Shown: positions 60,932 to 64,000 of the stretch, piece by piece | Layout: each line of letters begins with the position of its first letter | How positions within the stretch are numbered: the stretch's first letter is position 1 | DNA from: Raillietiella orientalis | Lineage: Eukaryota | Length of the DNA stretch: 64,000 nt | Assembly (NCBI GenBank): GCA_036172245.1 | Contig: JAYWIR010000099.1 | Coordinates: 1-64,000 of the forward strand | Direction: 5' to 3' | The notes under the pieces: generated by a model | Told to the model about the DNA's origin: nothing | Databases searched by the model: none | What the model saw: only the letters and a program-made list of their open reading frames with translations | Program-made: the position numbers and the translations under genes

Positions 60932-62762
60932 TGTTGCTATAGTTATATATGACTGATGTTGCTGTTGCCTGTTTAGTTACATATCTTGATGATGATAATA
61001 GCAATATATGATTGTTCTGATTTTTGGGTGTAGTTATCAGTAGAAGAATAATGCTCTTTCGTGGTTATTTTCAACAATCATCTGTTTTGTTGGTATGTTT
61101 TTTTCCGTGTAATGGCCAGCATAAGGGATAAAATCTAAAGCAATGGTATCTACTAGTACCAAGTTCTTCTTTTCTATATCTAGTTCTTAGAGTTAATGGT
61201 TGGTGCCCTTAGCTGCATACAACATCATGTGTATTTAATAAAGATACTTGAAAAATTTAAAAATGCTATTTTAATGTTTCTATCGTTTTTCTGTATTGGA
61301 TTGCAATGTTGTGTCATTTGCACAGTTGAGTTTTCCTTTTAAGTAATCGGTTGCTTTTGCCTGCACCCACAAACGTTATAACCAGTACACCAAATGTGAT
61401 CATATAACAGGGTAGACATCCGAACACTATTGCAAGTATCACTGCAGTTATACACAGCTCCATAGTTATGGAAGGACCCACATTTTCCACAGTATTTCTG
61501 AATGAAACTGCAGGAATGAAATTTTTTTTTACCTTTTCTGCACGGCGGTGCATCCAAGGTTTGGCGGCGGAAAGCCGCGACTTTTAAAAGTCGCAGCGAC
61601 CTGAAACAAGGTGCCAGAGGAGTGTTTGGTGTTTCGGCCTTCTGCTTGCAGTTTTTATCAAGGCTGAAAGCCCAGAAGACTGTTGCGAAGGCCCAACTTT
61701 CCTCCAAGTTTGTATGGAGTGGGCAGAGCATGCAAAGCTTTTAGAGTTCAGCGCGTTTCTGGTTCCAGTTGAAATCTGTCATCCACCGGTGTGGAAAGGA
61801 GCAGAGAACCAACAGCACAGGGCGTGGCAGCAGCGCGGGAACTCTCACCTTGGTAAGTCTTGTCCCGTGCTTGCCCGAAGCCGTCAGGTTGCCTCGGATC
61901 TCCTTTCCCACTACCAACGAGCCGAGCGTTTGCAGGAGCGTTTTCTTTTTTTGTGCGCGTGTGTGTTTGTGTGGATTCTATCGAAGAGATGCTTTGCTTA
62001 TCGGATTACGATATTTGAGCAGCTGAGAAAACCTTTCACTCTCGCAAAGATGGCACCCGGCAGTCAGTGGGTAGGGGGTTGAGAGTCGCGCAGGAGTGCC
62101 AATGTTCTCCCAATGGAACGCGACCCACGCCGCTTGGACTCTCTCGAAGACACGTGAAGAAATCTGACACCGAAGATGAGCTGTCGCTCGCAACGACCGC
62201 GGTCGTCGCTTCGTCCCCGTGAAATCCATGTGTCCTTCTCCATGGAAGAGAAGACGGCAATTTACCTGCCGACCAGGTAAGCGAGTTTGACGTGTACACA
62301 CGTCATGTGAAGGCGCCATTGTAGTGCGCTTGACGAATATATACGCCGTGCTGGAGAAAGCGGGGGTGGGATTACCATTTGGTACGAAAACACGAAATTG
62401 TAGTAAAAAGTTCAAGCAATCTCATATAAATGTGTGCTTTACTTATATTTGGATCAAACCTGGAACGTACAATGACCTCATTAATTTTTTGTCAAAACAT
62501 TTTCGAAGTGATGTAAGGTGTGCCAACCAAACAAAAGATTGTTTTTTCTTGCATGCTGGGTTTATATCATTCTCCTCGCTTAAGGCCTCAGATGTTAGTT
62601 TTGCCTAATAAATTGGCAAAAAGTGATCCATCTTAAGATGTAAACGTAATTTTATTTTATATTTTTGCTTTTGCGGACTTCCTCAATCGTTATACCAACC
62701 GGGTAAGGTGGTGTAAAAAGTCCTCGAATAATTGCTTTTCAATGTTATATTTCACCCTTTAG

Positions 62763-64000
62763 ATGGCTGATTTTGATAGCGACGATGGTGCAGCTTTACG
62801 TACTGGAAAGCGAAAACCTGTGCTCCGGATTTCGACATCTTCTGATGGAAGCAGCAGTGGTGAACCAGAGGAGGATCTCGATGGTGACGAGTCCGAAGAG
62901 GGCTTTTACGGTGGCAGTGATAGGGAAGAGTGTTTTGGCAGTGACAGCGAATCGGAAGAGGAAGAGCAAGATGAAAGGTTCGAGTGGTGCACGGAGGAAA
63001 ATGGGCGAGCACCATTTGATTTCTCTGGAAAGCCTGGGCAGCGATTCAATGTGCCTACAAAATCAAGGAAGAACTGCTTGTTTTATTTGGATAAATTTTT
63101 GGATAATGAACTCATATCCATAATTGTGGAACAGACTAATTTGTATGCAACGCAATCCGTCTAAATCCATTCTTTGAAGAAACGATCGAGGATGAGAAGT
63201 TGGCATCCGACAGACAACGCAGAAATGAAATGTTTCATCTCAGTATTGATACTGCAAGGAATTGTCGGGAAGCCAAAACTTGGACTGTATTTCTCTAAAA
63301 GAGAAAGTGTATCCACTCCTTTCTTTAGCAAAGTGATGTCTCATCAAAGATTTTTGCTGATGTGCAAATTTATTCATTTTGAAGATAACCAAAGTATGAC
63401 TTCAAGGAGCAGAATTTCCAAAATCGAAAGCGTTTGGAAAAATATTCAGCACAAATGCAAATCCTTCTATATTCCAGAACAAGACATTTCTGTCGATGAA
63501 TCGTTTTCGTTGTGGAGAGGAGGATCGCCTTGTAAGGCTTCTAAAAGGAGTGGTTTCGGGATGAAATGCGAAAGTCAATCTGGATACATCTGGAATTTCT
63601 GTGCATACACTAGCAAAAACACAGAATGGGGTCAAAATTATCCTCAATATAGAACCGCGACTCGCATCGTTCTCGAACTTTCTCGTGACCTGTTAGGCCA
63701 GGGATATAAATTCTATCTGGATAACTGGTACACAAGTATAGAACTCGCTCAGAAACTATGTACTTGGAAGACGGACATCATTGGTACAATGCGACACCTG
63801 AGACTTGGCATTCCTGAAGATATGAAAAGAACTTCTCTAAAGAAAGGTCAGCATTGCAAGATATGACAACAAAATCATGTTGTTGAAGTGGCGGGGCAAA
63901 AGGGACGTACTGTTCCTCAGTACAGTACATGGCGCCGAAATGACGGAAGCAGAGAACCGACATGTCGTGAAAAGAAAGCTCGAAGTGGTTTCCGACTATG
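62763..64000 (+). pseudogene. piggyBac-family (PGBD4-like) transposase, disrupted, runs off the window
   Basis: Acidic N-terminus, IVEQTNLYA, W..T..EMKCFI, TPFFSKVMS..RF, ISVDES, SGYIWNF, DNWYTS, GTMR. Stops at 63162 and 63864 and short deletions. Confidence 0.9.

Noticed and set aside
61525..61560. piggyBac left terminal inverted repeat (TTTA-CCTTTTCTGCAC at a composition shift)
   Set aside because: No intact TTAA, and the right end is outside the window, so it cannot be verified.

Overview
Eukaryotic (metazoan-like) genomic DNA in three zones. (1) 1-45.1 kb is almost entirely a GC-rich stack of about 13 non-LTR retrotransposon copies and fragments of the L1/Tx1 type (ORF1 with CCHC knuckles; ORF2 with APE endonuclease, reverse transcriptase and a C-terminal CxxC..H..C zinc finger). 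They are inserted into one another. Three nestings are supported by target-site duplications and by a host ORF that rejoins once the insert is removed: C into B1 (9 bp), E into G (12 bp) and F into E (15 bp). Every 3' end lacks a poly(A) tail and ends in AATAAA (or a one-base variant) plus a 5-bp-stem/5-nt-loop hairpin, whose geometry is kept with compensatory changes in the very divergent element F. No element has an intact ORF2. (2) 45-57 kb holds older, degenerate relics (BEL/Pao-like and LINE fragments) and orphan segments. (3) 57.8-60.8 kb is a clean four-exon MRPS25-like gene with AT-rich introns, followed by a piggyBac-type transposase pseudogene that runs off the window. The best candidate for an undescribed system is this self-nesting, hairpin-terminated Tx1-like LINE lineage. 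Element labels (1, 2, A-L) are mine, and all identities were judged by eye.
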